This document shows, piece by piece, positions 1-13,951 of a DNA stretch of 64,000 nt. How positions within the stretch are numbered: the first letter of the stretch is position 1; each line of letters opens with the position of its first letter. The stretch comes from Pristiophorus japonicus (taxonomy: Eukaryota): contig NC_091995.1 of the NCBI RefSeq assembly GCF_044704955.1, positions 26,660,001 through 26,724,000 on the forward strand, in the 5' to 3' direction. Below the pieces are notes generated by a model that saw nothing but the letters and a program-made list of their open reading frames with translations, searched no databases and was not told the DNA's origin. The translations under genes and the position numbers were made by a program.

Positions 1-178
1 AGGAGGCAATAATGGCACCTTTGGTGGAGGAGGACGAGGAGGCACAGAGGGAGGAGGTGCAGGGGGAGGACGAGGAGGTACAGGGGGAGGAGCATGAAGT
101 GGGTGCCCAGCCACACAGGAGGTGGTGTCGCCATCTTGGGAGGCACAAAGCCATCTAATAGCTGCACGGTTCACATAA
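1..178 (+). pseudogene. C-terminal end of a PIF/Harbinger (HARBI1-like) transposase; the gene starts before the window
   Basis: Acidic E/D-rich stretch followed by EAQSHLIAARFT* (TAA 176-178). The transposase at 37904 ends the same way (RQELINDRFA*). AATAAA at 256-261, convergent with a minus-strand Myb-like gene. Confidence 0.6.
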
Positions 179-589
179 CTGAATGGCCTGTTGAGCCTGT
201 ATCTGGCTATGCCCATGGGCCAACCTGTGAGCCCTCTCACACATAATTCCCGCACAATAAAATGAGAGACCTCATCAGAATTTCCAAACAAAACATAAAG
301 ATTTATTAGCACACAAACAATTGATTTCAAAAGCATTAACATAATTAATTTTCACCTTTATGCAACTCTTTATTACTCTTAACCAGACCTATCCTTATAC
401 TACGCCACACTGTCTCCCCTGTGGCTGCCGCATGGCTTTGGAAGGGTACTATGTGTCAGGAAAGGAAGCTACAGATTTCCTTCTCGGAAGCCCTCGACCA
501 GCTGTGGCCCTGGAAGGGCTGACTGCAGACTGGGCCTCTGCGGCTTCAGTCAGAAGTGGCTGGAGTGAAGCCATGGATGGCAGCGATTA

Positions 590-1502
590 ACATAAGAATT
601 AGGAACAGGAGTAGGCCATCTAGCCCCTTGAGCCTGCTCCGCCATTCAATAAGATCATGGCTGATCTGGCCGTGGACTCAGCTCCACTTACCTGCCCACT
701 CCCCGTAACCCTTAATTCTCTTATTGGTTAAAAATCTATCGATCTGTGACTTGAATACATTCAATGAGCTAGCCTCAACTGCTTCCTTGGGCAGAGAATT
801 CCACAGATTCACAATCCTCTGGGAGAAGAAATTCCTTCTCAACTCGGTTTTAAATTGGCTCCCCTGTATTTTGAGGCTGTGCCCCCTAGTTCTAGCCTCG
901 CCTACCAGTGGAAAAAACCTCTCTGCCTCTATCTTGTCTATCCCTTTCATGATTTTAAATGTTTCTATAAGATCACCCCTCATCCTTCTGAACTCCAACG
1001 AGTAAAGACCCAGTCTACTCAATCTATCATCATAAGGTAACCCCCTCATCTCCGGAATCAGCCTAGTGAATCGTCTCTGTACCCGCTCCAAAGCCAGTAT
1101 ATCCTTCCTTAAGTAAGGTGACCAAAACTGCACGCAGTACTCCAGGTGCGGCCTTACCAATACCTATACAGTTGCAGCAGGACCGCCCTGCATTTGTACT
1201 CCTCTCGCAATGAAGGCCAACATTCCATTCGCCTTCCTGATTACCTGCTGCACCTGCAAACTAACTTTTTGGGATTCATGCACAAGGATCCCCAGGTCCC
1301 TCTGCACCGCAGCATGTTGTAATTTCTCCCCATTCAAATAATATTCCCTTTTCCTGTTTTTTTTCCCAAGGTGGATGACCTCACACTTTCCGACATTGTA
1401 TTCCATCTGCCAAACCTTCGCCCATTCGCTTAACCTATCCAAATTTCTTTGCAGCCTCTCTGTGTCCTCTACACAACCTGCTTTCCCACTAATCTTTGTG
1501 TC
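590..1502 (-). mobile_element. CR1 LINE, 5'-truncated 3' fragment inserted in the Harbinger Myb gene
   Basis: RT C-terminus (RPHLEYCVQFWSP...RRNFFSQRIVNLWNSLP) and a CR1 3' tail ending ...CCTAATTCTTATGTT on the minus strand. Confidence 0.92.
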
Positions 1503-3160
1503 AAAATTGAGGAATGGCAGGTCTCAGCTCAGGGCTGCTGTGAACCGGAGAGCCCACATCAGTATCATGGTCCGAGGAGCCAATGACACTCCCGTGGAGC
1601 AGCACCCCACCTCCCCCACCAAACTGCTGGAGCACAGGTCGACAGGGTGGGGTGGCATCATTAGGCCCCTGGTCGACCATGGTGGACCCAGCTGCAATGG
1701 ATCTTGCATAGAGTCTAGCTGAGATTGCATGAGAGCAGCCACACTTTGGAAGCCACCAGAGACAACAACAGTCAAATGCTCCATGGCCTGTTGCCCAGAA
1801 TGCATGAGAGCATTCTGAGCTTCCAGGACAGCAGCCATCCTGGCCAAAGAAGCAAGACACGCTCATTCCCTCACGCCTGTGTAATGGCAGCTGTCACCTC
1901 AGCCAAGAGATGCATCATCGCAGCAGAATACGCACAGTCACTCCGGGATTCCACTAACATCTGCACACTGGCAATGAAGGTCCCCATGGTGTGCACAGAG
2001 CTGTCCTCAATGCAGGAGGCAGATTCCTCCACGCTCCTCACCACTTGCGACAGCTTCTCGGAGACCCCTTGCATTACCACCAAGAGCTCCGATTGCATGG
2101 CCTCCACCCTTTCTCCGTAAGCCCCAAAATTGATCTGCTCATCTGAGTCCTCCTCAGCAAGACTTGCCCCCAGGAGAGATGGCACCCGAGGTTCCCTTGG
2201 TACTTCACCATGCTGCAGCCTGCTCGGCCCCAGTGCTTCACCCAGTGCAGACTCCTCTGCTAAATCTAAGATACCTGACCGCGGACTCCCAGTTTCTGAG
2301 CTGGTGCGTGGGACTGTATGAAGCAGTGATGCGGTGTTGCTGGCAGAACTCTCCCCTTCTCCATCTCCCTCATCTGATGTACCACCAAGATCAGCCAGGG
2401 CATCAATTCTCTGCTCCTGATTGTGGCTGCCAGTCACGTCAAGGGTCTCTGTGTCGCTCAGGCTGAGACTCGGGGTGTCATCTGCTATCATAAATTGGAG
2501 AAGGGGTGCCGTGAGGGTGAGGTGCTTCATTGCACCATGCAGGAGGCAGCTTGCACATAGCCATAAGCAATAGCCAGGTAGGCCATTCCACTGTCAAGAA
2601 GAGATGGCACTGTACAAAGGCCTTAACTTATCCGTGCTACCCCCAGTGCCATCGGAGCCACCAACAGCCTCAGGGATCACTACATGCATGTCAACTAGCC
2701 GCTGCACCCTCTCCTCCATGTCAGTCAGCTGGACATTTTGGGAGTTGCCCCCACCAGTGGCTTGTTGGTCGGCACGATTGTGTGCCACCTTGGCCTGCAA
2801 AGCATTGAAGGACTGATAAGTGGGAGTTTCCAGGGGCTTCGGTAATGAGTGCAAGTCTGGGTCGATTACATGCAGCTGTGAATCTCAGATGCAAGGCATC
2901 CTCCATTATGAGTGTGCGCACATACAGGCTTTAGCAATCAACAGCTACTATGTAGTATTGATGAGAAAAAAGTTAAGGTAAAGGAGAGTGTGGCAAATGT
3001 AATGTGAGGTGTTAGGAGAGCATGTACTCACTTTCATCACTCGAATAAGGTCTGTTAGCCTTTTCGTGCATTGGTTGAGGGGTGATTGTGAATGGAGGTG
3101 CCTGGAACCTCCTCTGCAATCTTTCTCCAAGAATAAGTAAAGATGGTCCTCGTTGGTCTC
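1503..3160 (-). pseudogene. Spliced Myb/SANT-like DNA-binding ORF of the same Harbinger element (degenerate)
   Basis: WRKIAEEV...QCTKRLTDLIRVMK followed by a GTGAGT donor (~3030). Next exon ttgcag|AKVAHNRADQQATGGGNSQNVQLTDMEERV (~2795-2640), then acidic and coiled-coil-like ORFs at 1501-2530. These are typical NAIF1/MSANTD-type Harbinger ORF2 motifs. Confidence 0.7.
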
Positions 3161-3161
3161 C

Positions 3162-5095
3162 CATAAGAACAGAAGAAATAGGAGCAGGAGTAGGCCATTT
3201 GGCCCCTCGAGCCAAGGTGGCAAACAACCGTGATGACCAACAAGCCACTATTGGGGTCAACTCCAAAAATGTGCAGCTGACTGACATGGTACAGGAGGTG
3301 CAGCAGCTAGTCGACAAGCCCACCCATCTCTGTATCATCAGCAAACTTGGCTACATTAGACTCCGTACCTTCATTCAAGCCATGAATATAGGTTGTAAAT
3401 AGTTGAGCCCCCAGCACCGATCCCTGCAGCACCACATTAATTACCATTTGCCAACTGGAAAATGACCCATTTATTCCCACTCTCTGTTTTCTGCTAGTTA
3501 GCCAATCCACTACACATGCTAATATATTATCCCCAACCCCGTGAGCACTTATCTTGTGCCATCAACCTTTATGTGGCACCTTATCGAATGCCTTCTGGAA
3601 ATCCAAATACACCACATCCACTGGTTCCCCCTTATCCACCCTACTCGTTACATCCTCAAGGAACTCCAGCAAATTCGTCAAATATGATTTCCCTTTCATA
3701 AAACCATGCTGACTCTGCTTGACTGTATTATGCTTTTCCAAATGTCCTGCTACTGCTTCCTTAATAATGGATGTCAGCATTTTCCCAACAACAGATGTTC
3801 GGCTAACTGGTCTATCGTTTCCTGCTTTCTGTCTCCCTCCTTTGGTAAATAGGGGCATTACATTTGCGTTTTTTCAATCCGCTGGGACCTCTCTAGAATC
3901 CAGGGAATTTTGGTGGATTACAACCAATGCATCCACTATCTCTGCAGCCACTTCTTTTAAGATCCTAGCATGCAGGCCATCAGGTCCAGGGGACTTGTCC
4001 ACCTTTAGTCCCATTATTTTACTGGGTACTTTTTCTTTAGTGATAGTGATTGTTTTAAGTTATTTCTTCCCTATAGCCCCTTGGTAACTATTATTGGGAG
4101 TTTTAGTATCTTCTATCTTGAAGACAAGTACAAAATATTTGTTCAAAGTTTCTGCCATTTCCCTATTCTCCATTATTAATTAATTCCCCAGTCTCATCCT
4201 CTAAGGGACCAATGTCTACTTTAGCTACTCTCTTCCTTTTTATATATGTGTAGAAGCTCTTATTATCTGTTTTTATATTTATTGCTCGTTTACTCTCATA
4301 ATCTGTCTTCCCTCTCTTTATTGTTTTTAGTCATCCTTTTCTGGTTTTTAAAAATTTGCTAATCCTCTGGCCTCCCACTAATCTTGGCAACTTTGTACGC
4401 CATTGTTTTCAATTTGAGATCATCCTTTACTTTCTTAGTTAGCCATGGATGGTTCTCCCTTCTTTAAAGTCTTTCCTTCTCACTGGACAATATTTTTGTT
4501 GAGACTTATGAAATATCTCCTTAAATGTCTGCCTGTTTTACACTTTAATCTATTTTCACAGTCCACTTTAGCCAACTCTACTTTCATATTTTTGTAGCCG
4601 CCTTTATTTAAGATCAAGACACTGGTTTGAGATGCAACTTTCTCACCCTCCAACTGAATTTAAATTCAACCATCACTCTTTCCTAGAGGATCCTTTACTA
4701 TGAGGTCATTTATGAATCTTGTCTCATTACACAGTACCAGATCCAAAAAGCCTGCTCCCTGGTTAGTTCCGCAACAAAACCATCCCTCTTGAACACTTCC
4801 TCAAGGCTCCCTTTGCCAATGTGATTTGAGCGATCAATATGAAGATTAAAATTGCCTATGATTATTGCCGGAGCTTTCTTACAATCCTCCATTATTTCTT
4901 GATTTATACTCCATCCAACAGTATAGCTGTTGTTCGGGGGCCTTTGGTCTATGCCCACCAGTGACTTCTCCCCTTATTATTTCTTATCTCCACCTAAACT
5001 TCTTGATCTTCTGAGCCAATATAATTTCTCACTAATGCACTGATCTCATCCTTTATTAACAGAGCTACCCCAATTCCTTTACTTTTCTGTCTAGC
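3162..5095 (-). mobile_element. Degenerate CR1 LINE (tail, RT and endonuclease fragments) carrying an inverted Harbinger piece at 3211-3316
   Basis: Tail at 3162-3213. RT motifs YLDFQKAFDKVPH, QGSVLG and FADD. Endonuclease motifs RPPN and GNFNLH. Many stops and frameshifts. Confidence 0.85.
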
Positions 5096-5789
5096 CTTCC
5101 GAATTGTCGAATAACCCTGAATATTCAGTTCCCAGTGTCAAATATCCTGAATATTCAGTTCCCACTATTTTCAGAGAAGAGTAGCCGCCTCCTTCCCTCC
5201 ACAGATTCCAGGAGAGTTTCCAGTTTGGCGCCGGTGAAACAGCTCGCCCTCCTGAAACATCCCCTTGCAGCCATTTCTTCTCAAGCACGTCAGGCCGAAG
5301 TCAAGACACAGCTGCAAAACCTGCCTTTAAAAAGCCCAGTGAGCAGCTGCATCTTCAGCATCAACACACTCTGTCTGTATTATTGCATACTACTTTGATA
5401 TGATGTTATTATTTGTAGCTCAATAGTAAAACTGAGGGCAATTTGGGAGCCAAGAAAATGAGAGTTGGGTGGGGAATCGGAGTTTATGCAGAGCAGGCTC
5501 AGGGGGTGGGACTAAGCCACCATCTCTTGGAAAGAGGGTCTAAGTGCAATGTGACACGTTCACTTTGGAGTTTCCATTACAAGCGTGGACATAAAAGTTT
5601 ATAAAGGAAATTTGACTTAAAGATGGGAGAACGATTGTAACAATAAGACAAACGTTTCATTGACAGGTAAATGAACCTTTGGCAATGAAGGAATTAAAAC
5701 TGATGCAATCCTATCGGATTTAATTTGCTCAGCATTAAATGAGAGTTCATTTGTTCTTTGTTATTTGAAGTCTATTTGTGGGCAGGTAC

Positions 5790-6202
5790 CTGTAAAACAT
5801 ACACACGAGGACATCTGACACATTCATAAAGAATAATAATTAAAGACTTGTGCGAGATCAGTTAATTCATTGATACTTCCCAGCTACAGTTATAGGTTGC
5901 GGGAAATCACAGTAACGGGAGGGCGGGTGGTGAGGGGGAATCTACCTGTTCACAGGAGCCCGGCTGAATGAGACTGAAGATCTCAGGGAATGAGTTGAGC
6001 TTCATTCACTTTAGATCAGTGAGCGATTGAACCCCAGCCCCGATTAAAGACAGTCAGTAAAACAGTCACACAGAGTCAGGGGGAACTCGGAACCAGAATT
6101 ACATTGATACTGGAAGTGAGAAAAAACTTGTCGGAGAGGGAAGTAAAATAACTGATGAAAGTGAAAATGTTGGTGAATTGAAAGATTTATTTCCCTGCAC
6201 AT
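5790..6202 (-). pseudogene. IgSF array copy 1: leader exon remnant only
   Basis: Leader 6202-6132 (MCREINL...) is 71 nt, so frameshifted, and its GT donor is lost. At ~5790 intron sequence joins directly to downstream unit sequence, so the V and TM exons are deleted. Confidence 0.65.
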
Positions 6203-6674
6203 AGTGAGCTCCGGGTCGCCCCGATATCACAATAACAGCGGAAGTGACCAGAACCAAGTGGTGAAATCATTTCGAAATTGAAACATTATCAGATCGTTAG
6301 CATAGAAATGTACAAATCTCACATTTAAAATGATGAATTCAGCCTTTAGTCAATATAGTTTCTTCAAAAACAACTCAAGTGGGTGTGTTTGAGGTATCAG
6401 TAAAATAAGTGGCAGAGTGTGCAGACTGACAGAGGCCTGGGTCCGGGTCCAGTTCCATCTCTCTCTATCTCCAGCCCCAGCTCCATGTGTCCCGGAGAGA
6501 TCCCACCGCCCCAGCCACAATAATCCTGTGCTTCCTGAGCAGGGCCCGGGCCTACTGACCCATTAACCATTTCACCGCTTTCAATAAGCGGCCTCATCTC
6601 GTCCATATAATAAAATCCACAGGACTTTTTAAATTTTAAGAGTTTATTTACGATCCCATGCCCCAAGCTTGGTT

Positions 6675-7290
6675 ATTTTTTTATTATTATTTCAAAATAT
6701 ACTTTATTCATATAAAAAATTGCACAATACATTGGAAGACAGTTCCGTGCATTTGGATGCGGTCAGCAATTCCATACAATACATTTGGATGCTGACGGCA
6801 GTTCCGTTCAATACATTTGCTTGCTTTACATTTCGAGTTACAATTCAGTACAATCCGGGATACATTGTAATACAGTCATTAAATTGCGTTACTATACAGT
6901 ACATTGAATGGGTGAGGGTACAGTTACATTTCTTTGAAACATACATTACTAAACAGAACTTGCATTATAAATGGCACTACATAGGTGTTTTCAGATCATG
7001 GTGCTCTATGTATACAAAAAGTTTACAAGTACAGCCCGAGGGGAGTTTTATACTGATTCCAGCCCCTGGTTTTACCGTGGCAGAAGGGTTTAAAACTGTG
7101 GCTCTTCCCCACCGAGCCTTTGCGGCGACTGCACCAATTTTTAGTGTGTCCCTCAGCACGTACTCCTGGATCTTGGATTGTGCCAGTCTGCAACACGCAG
7201 ACGTGCACATCTCCTTGCTCTGGAAGACCAGCAAGTTTTGGCAGGACCAAAGTGCGTCTTTCACCGAGTTGATAGCCCTCCAGCAGCAGC
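6675..7290 (-). mobile_element. 3' fragment of an L1/Tx1-clade LINE
   Basis: WRAINSVKDALWS..NLLVFQ..CCRLAQSKIQEYVLRD..AAKARWG resembles a Tx1-type ORF2 C-terminus. It is followed by a 3' UTR, AATAAA and an A-rich tail at ~6675-6710 on the minus strand. Confidence 0.75.
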
Positions 7291-8570
7291 AGGAGATGGG
7301 GAGAAGGACAGACTGGTTCACTTCTTTCTGACAGAAGCTCACAGTAACACGGCTTCCAGAGGCTGCAACACATTCAAAACAATAAATCAGCTTCAGAAAG
7401 GGAAAACAAAGCACCTTAGTATTCCTTAGAGAGAGTTTATCTCAGGAGCCTGGTTATAAAGCATCCCATGAGTTAGAAATCACAAAATACCTGCAAGCAC
7501 CAACAAAGAATGCATTTGATAGAATGAACATAACGACCAGTGAGAGAGCATGAAATTATAGAATCATAGATTCATACAGCACAGAGGGAGGTCATTTGGC
7601 CAATTTTCCCTGTACCGGTTCTTTGAAAGCGCGATGCATTAGTAGCACGCCCCCGATCTTTCCCCATGGTCCTTCAAACTTTTCCTCTTCAGCTACATAT
7701 TCCATTCCCCTTGGAAGCTGGCCGTTGAATCTGCTGCCAGCACCCTTTCAGGCAACCCGTTCCACATCACAAGAACAACATTTGAGACTTTAATAATTAA
7801 ATCACCACTATTAAATAAAAACAAAGAACCCAGGAGAAACAATTTTACCCAGTGTGGTGAGAATTGCCAGCACAGGGAATGGTTGAGACCAATTGTATAG
7901 AAGCATTTAAATGGAAACTAGATAAACACATCAGGGAGAAAGGAATAGAAGGATATGTTGTTAGGGTTAGATTAAGTAAATATATTGTGGGGAGGCTCCT
8001 GGGGAGCATAAATACCCAACTTCGAACAGTTTGTCCAAATGGCCTATTCTGCGCTATAAATCCTATGTCAGTCTTTGGTATAACTATTAAATAAAGTCTT
8101 GGCAGGAAACTATTGATCCAATCTGCCAATTTTACACATTTGATAAAACATACGCACGGGAACATCTGACACATCAATAAATAAATAATAATTAAAGATT
8201 TGTGGGAGATCAGTAAATTCATTAATAAATCCCAGCTACAGTTACAGGTTGAGGTAACTCCCAGTGTGGAACAGTAACTGGAGGGCAGGTGGTGAGGGGG
8301 GATCTCCCTGTTCACAGGAGCCCGACTGAATGAGACTGAAGATCTCAGGGAATGAGTTGAGCTTCATTCACTTTAGATCAGTGAGCGATTGAACCCCAGC
8401 CCCGATTAAAGACAGTCAGCAAAACAGTCACACAGAGTCAAGGGGAAACTCAGATATAGAATTACATTGATACTAGACGTGAAAGAAAAAACATTGCCGG
8501 AGAGGGAAATAATCTAACTGATGAAAGGAAACATGTTGGTGAATTTAAGGAGTATTCTTCCCCTGCAGTT
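7291..8570 (-). pseudogene. IgSF array copy 2: degenerate leader plus truncated V-exon stub
   Basis: The leader homologue ends at 8498 with a GC donor and has no ATG. The V exon starts at 7362 (ttgcag|(A)SGSRVTVSFCQKEVNQSVLLPIS) and is cut at 7291 by the Tx1-like fragment. Confidence 0.75.
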
Positions 8571-11500
8571 AGCTCCAGCTCCGCCCCGATATCACAATAA
8601 CGCGGCACCGATTTGAACTGAATGAAATGGAGGGAAGTTTCTAATGGTATCCGAGGTTTCACTTTGCAGCAGAAGTGATCAGAACCAAGTGGCGATATAA
8701 TTTCATAGCAACAAAGAAACATAGAAAATAGGTGCAGGTGTAGGCCTTTCGGCCCGTCGAGCCTACATCACCATTCAATAAGCTCATGGCTGATCATTCC
8801 CTCAGTTCCCCTTTCCTGCTTTCTCTCCATACCCTTTGATCCCCTTAGCCGTAAGGGCCACATCTAACTCCCTTTTGAATATATCCAGTGAACTGGCATC
8901 AACAACTCTCTGCAGCAGGGAATTCCACAGGTTAACAACTCTATGAGTGAAGAAGTTTCTCCTCATCTCAGTCCTAAATGGCCTAATCCTAAGACTGTGT
9001 CCCCTGGATCTGCACTTCCCCAGCATCGGGAACATTCTACCCGCATTTAACCTGTCCTATCCCGTCAGAATCTGATATGTTTCTCTGAGATCCCCTCTCA
9101 TCCTTCTAAACTACAATGTATAAAGACCCAGTTGAACCAGTCCCTCCTGATATGTCAGTCCTGCCATCCCTGGAATCAGTCTGGTGAACCTTCGCTGCAC
9201 TCCCTCAATAGCAATAACGTCCTTCCTCAGATTAGGAGACCAAAACTGAACACAATATTGCAGGTGAGGCCTGTACAACTGCAGTAAGACCTCCCTGCAC
9301 CTCCCCTTTTCCAAATCTGCCGCAATTCAGATAATATTCTGTCTTCGCGTTTTTGCCCCCAAAGTGGATAACCTCTCATTTATCCACATTCTGCTGCATC
9401 TGCCATGCATTGTCCACTCATCTAACCTGTCGAAATCAGTCTGCAGCCTCCCAGCCTCCCCCTCACAGCTCACACCGCCTTCCAGTTTAGTGTCATCTGC
9501 AAACTTGGAGATATTACACTCAATTCCTTCATCTAAATCATTGATGTATATTGTAAATAGCTGGGGTCCCAGCACTGAGACTGCGGCACTCATACATAAG
9601 AAGATAAGATTTAGGAACAGGAGTAGGCCATCTAGCCCCTCGAGCCTGCTCCGCCATTCAACAAGATCATGGCTGATCTGGCCGTGGACTCAGCTCCACT
9701 TACCCACCCACTGCCCATAACCCTTAATTCCCTTATTGGTTAAAAATCTATCGATCTGTGACTTGAATACATTCAATGAGCTAGCCTCAACTGCTTCCTT
9801 GGGCAGAGAATTCCACAGATTCACAACCCTCTGGGAGAAGAAATTCCTTCTCAACTCGGTTTTAAATTGGCTCCCCCGTATTTTGAGACTGTGCCCCCTA
9901 GTTCTAGTCTCCCCGACCAAAGGAAACAACCTCTCTGCCTCTATCTTGCCAATCCCTTTCATTATTTTAAATGTTTCTATAAGATCACCCCTCATCCTTC
10001 TGAACTCCAACGAGTAAAGACCCAGTCTACTCAATCTATCATCATAAGGTAACCCCCTCATCTCCAGAATCAGCTGAGTGAATCGTCTCTGTACCCCCTC
10101 CAAAGCTAGTATATCCTTCCTTAAGTAAGGTGACCAAAACTGCACGCAGTACTCCAGGTGCAGCCTCACCAATACCCTATACAGTTGCAGCAGGACCTCC
10201 CTGCTTTTGTACTCCATCCCTCTCGCAATGAAGGCCAACATTCCATTCGCCTTCCTGATTACCTACTGCACCTGCAAACTAACTTTTTGGGATTTATACA
10301 CAAGGACCCCCAGGTCCCTCTGCACCGCAGCATGTTGTAATTTCTCCCCATTCAAATAATATTCCCTTTTACTGTTTTTTTTCCCAAGGTGGATGACCTC
10401 ACATTTTCCGACATTGTATTCCATCTGCCAAACCTTAGCCCATTCGCTTAACCTATCTAAACCTCTTTGCAGCCTCTCTGTGTCCTCTACACAACCCGCT
10501 TTCCCACAAATTTTTGTGTCATCTGCAAATTTTGTTACACTACAATCTGTCCCCTCTTCCAGGTCATCGATGTATATTGTAAATAGTTGTGGTCGCAGCA
10601 CCGATCCCTGTGGCACACCACTAACCACCGATTTCCAACCCGAAAAGGACCCATTTATCCCAACTCTCTGCTTTCTGTTCGCCAGCCAATTCTCTATCCA
10701 TGCTAATACATTTCCTTTGACTCCGTGTATCTTTATCTTCTGCAGTAACCTTTTGTGTGGCACCTTATTGAATAACTTTTGGAAATCTAAATACACCACA
10801 TCCATCGGTATACCTCTATCCACCATGCTTGTTATATCCCCAAAGATTTCCCCTTCATGAATCCATGTTGCGTCTGCTTGATTGCACTATTCCTATCTCA
10901 ATGTCCCATTATTTCTTCCTTAATGATAGCTTCAAGCGTTTTCCCCACTATAGATGTTAAACTAACCAGCCTATAGTTACCTGCCTTTTGTCTGCCCCCT
11001 TTTTTAAACAGAGGCATTACATTAGTTGCTTTCCAATCCACTGGTACCTCCCCAGAGTCCAGAGAATTTTGGTAGATTATAACGTATGCATCTGTTAAAC
11101 TTCTGCCATCTCTTTTAATACCCTGGGATGCATTTCATCTGTACCAGGGGAATTGTCTACCTTGAGTCCCATTAGCCTGTCCAGCACTACCCCCCTAGTG
11201 ATAGTGATTATCTCAAGGTCCTCCCTTCCCACATTTCCGTGACCAGCAATTTTTGGCATGGTTTTTGTGTCTTCCACTGTGAAGACCGAAGCAAAATAAT
11301 TGTTTAAGGTCTCAGCCATTTCCACATTTCCCATTATTAAATCCCCCTCCTCATCTTCTAAGGGACCAACATTTACTTTAGTCACTCTTTTCTGTTTTAT
11401 ATATCGGTAAAAGCTTTTACTATCTATTTTTATGTTTTGTGCAAGTTTACTTTTGTAATATATCTTTCCTTTCTTTATTGCTTTCTTAGTCATTCTTTGC

Positions 11501-12909
11501 TGTCGTTTAAAATTTTCCCAATCTTCTAGTTTCCCACTAACCTTGGCCACCTGATACGCATTGGTTTTTAATTTGATACTCTCCTTTATTTCCTTGGTTA
11601 TCCCTTCTCTTACTGCCCTTCTTTTTCACTGGAATATATTTTTGTTGAGCACTATGAAAGAGCTCCTTAAAAGTCCTCCACTGTTCCTCAATTGTGCCAC
11701 CATTTAGTCTGTGTTTCCAGTCTACTTTAGCCAACTCTGCCCTCATCCCACTGTTTAAGCATAGTATGCTCATTTGAGACACTACTTCCTCACCCTCAAT
11801 CTGTATTACAATTCAACCATATTGTGATCACTCATTCCGAGAGGATCTTTTACTAGGAGATCGTTTATTATTCCTGTCTCATTACACAAGACCAGATCTA
11901 AGATAACTTGCTCCCTTGTAGGTTCTGTAACGTACTGTTCTAAGAAACAATCCCGTATGCATTCTATAAATTCCTCCTCAAGGCTACCTCGTGCGATTTG
12001 ATTTGACCAATCGATATGTAGGTTAAAATCCCCCATGATTACTGCCGTTCCTTTTTCACATGCCTCCATTATTCCCTTGATTATTGCCCGCCCCACCATG
12101 AAGTTATTATTTGGGGGCCTATAAACTACGCCCACCAGTGACTTTTTCCCCTTATTATCTCTAATATCCACCCACAATGATTCAACATTTTGTTCATTAG
12201 AGCCAATATCGTCTCTCACAACTGCCCTGATATCATCCTTTATTAACAGAGCTACCCCACCTCCTTTCCCTTCTTGTCTATCTTTCCAAATTGTCAGATA
12301 CCCCTGTATGTTTAATTCCCAGTCTTGGCCACCCTGCAACCACTTTTCTGTAATGGCCACTAAATCATATCCATTTGTAATGATTTGTGCCATCAACTCA
12401 TTTACTTTATTTCAAATGCTGCGTGCATTTAGGTAGAGTGTTTTAATACTAGTTTTTCAATCATGATTTTTAGTTTTGACCCATCCTGCAGCCCCTTTAT
12501 ATTCATACATATTTTCCCTTTCTATCACCTTGTGGTTTACACTTACCCTTTTGCATTCTTTCTTGGGGTACTGTTCATATGAGCTCTCACCCACTCTAAC
12601 TAGCTCAGAGCCCTCTCCTGGGTTCTGAATACTCCTTGCATTGAGGCACCGAGCTTTCATGCTTGCCTATTTATTACACTTTGACCCTTTAGAATTTTGC
12701 TGTACAGTGGCCCTTTTTGTTTTTTGCCTTGGGTTTCTCTGCCCTCCAATTTTACTCATCTCCTTTCTGTCTTTTGCTTTTGTCTTCATTTTGTTTCCCT
12801 CTGTCTCCCTGCATTGTTTCCCATCCCCCTGCCATGTTAGTTTAACTCCCCCCGCAACAGCACTAGCAAACACTCCCCCTAGGACATTGGTTCCGGTCCT
12901 GTCCAGTTT

Positions 12910-13770
12910 TCACTGGTCCCATCTTCCCCAGAACCTGTTCCAATGCCCCAGGAATTTGAATCCCTCCCTGCTGCACCACTGCTCAAGCCACGTATTCATC
13001 TGAGCTATCCTGCGATTCCTATTCTGACTAGCTCGTGGCACTGGTAGCAATCCCGAGATTACTACTTTTGAGGTCCAATGTTTTAATTTAGCTCCTAGCT
13101 CCTTAAATTCGTCTCGTAGTACCTCATCCCTTTTTTTACCTATATTGTTGGTACCAATGTGCAGCACGACAACTGGCTGTTCACCCTCCCTTTTCAGAAT
13201 GTCCTGCAGCCGCTCCGAGACATCCTTGATCCTTGCAACAGGGAGGCAACATACCATCCTGGAGTCTCGGTTGCAGCCGCAGAAACGCCTATCTATTCCC
13301 TGTACCATTGAATCCCCGATCACTATTGCTCTCCCACTCTTTTTCCTGCCCTCCTCTGCAGCAGAGCCAGCCACGGTGCCATGAACTTGGCTGCTGCTGC
13401 CCTCCCCTGATAAGTCATCCCCCTCAACAGTACTCAAAGCGGTGTACCTGTTTTGCAGGGGGATGATCGCAGGGGACCCCTGCACTACCTTCCTTGCACT
13501 GCTCTTCCTGCTGGTCTTCCACTCCCTATCTGGCTGTGGACCCTTCACCTGCGGTAAGACCAACTCACTACACGTACTACCCACATCATTCTCAGCATCA
13601 TGGATGCTCCAGAGTAAATCCACCCTCAGCTCCAATTCCGCAACGCAGACCGTCAGGATCTGGAGGTGGATACACTTCCCGCACACGTAGTCGTCAGGGA
13701 CACCGGAAGTGTCCCTGAGTTCTCACATGGTACAGGAGGAGCATATCACATGACCGAGCTCTCCTGCCAT
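12910..13770 (-). pseudogene. CR1 ORF1p with Cys-rich N-terminus and SGNH/GDSL esterase-like domain
   Basis: CGKC motif, then IVIGDSMV and VVVLHIGTNNIG, which match the SGNH blocks known from CR1 ORF1 proteins. Confidence 0.82.
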
Positions 13771-13951
13771 GATTTAACCCTTAGATACACTTAAATTGGC
13801 TACAGCAATGCTAAAGTTTACTCACTGTTATAGAAGAGAAAAAAGAAAAACTACTCACCAATCACCAGCTAATCACTTACCCCCTTGGCTGTGACATCAC
13901 CTTTCTGTTTCTTTCTACTTCTTTTTTGCCTTCTCCCTGTAGCTGCACAAG

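Noticed and set aside
5970-6022. Conserved hairpin as a SECIS element or C/D snoRNA
   Set aside because: The helix between AUGA and GA is too short for SECIS, and there is no clear RUGAUGA box C with a terminal stem.
6669-7331. 220-aa plus-strand ORF
   Set aside because: Antisense to the Tx1-like fragment and the V stub; no domain features.
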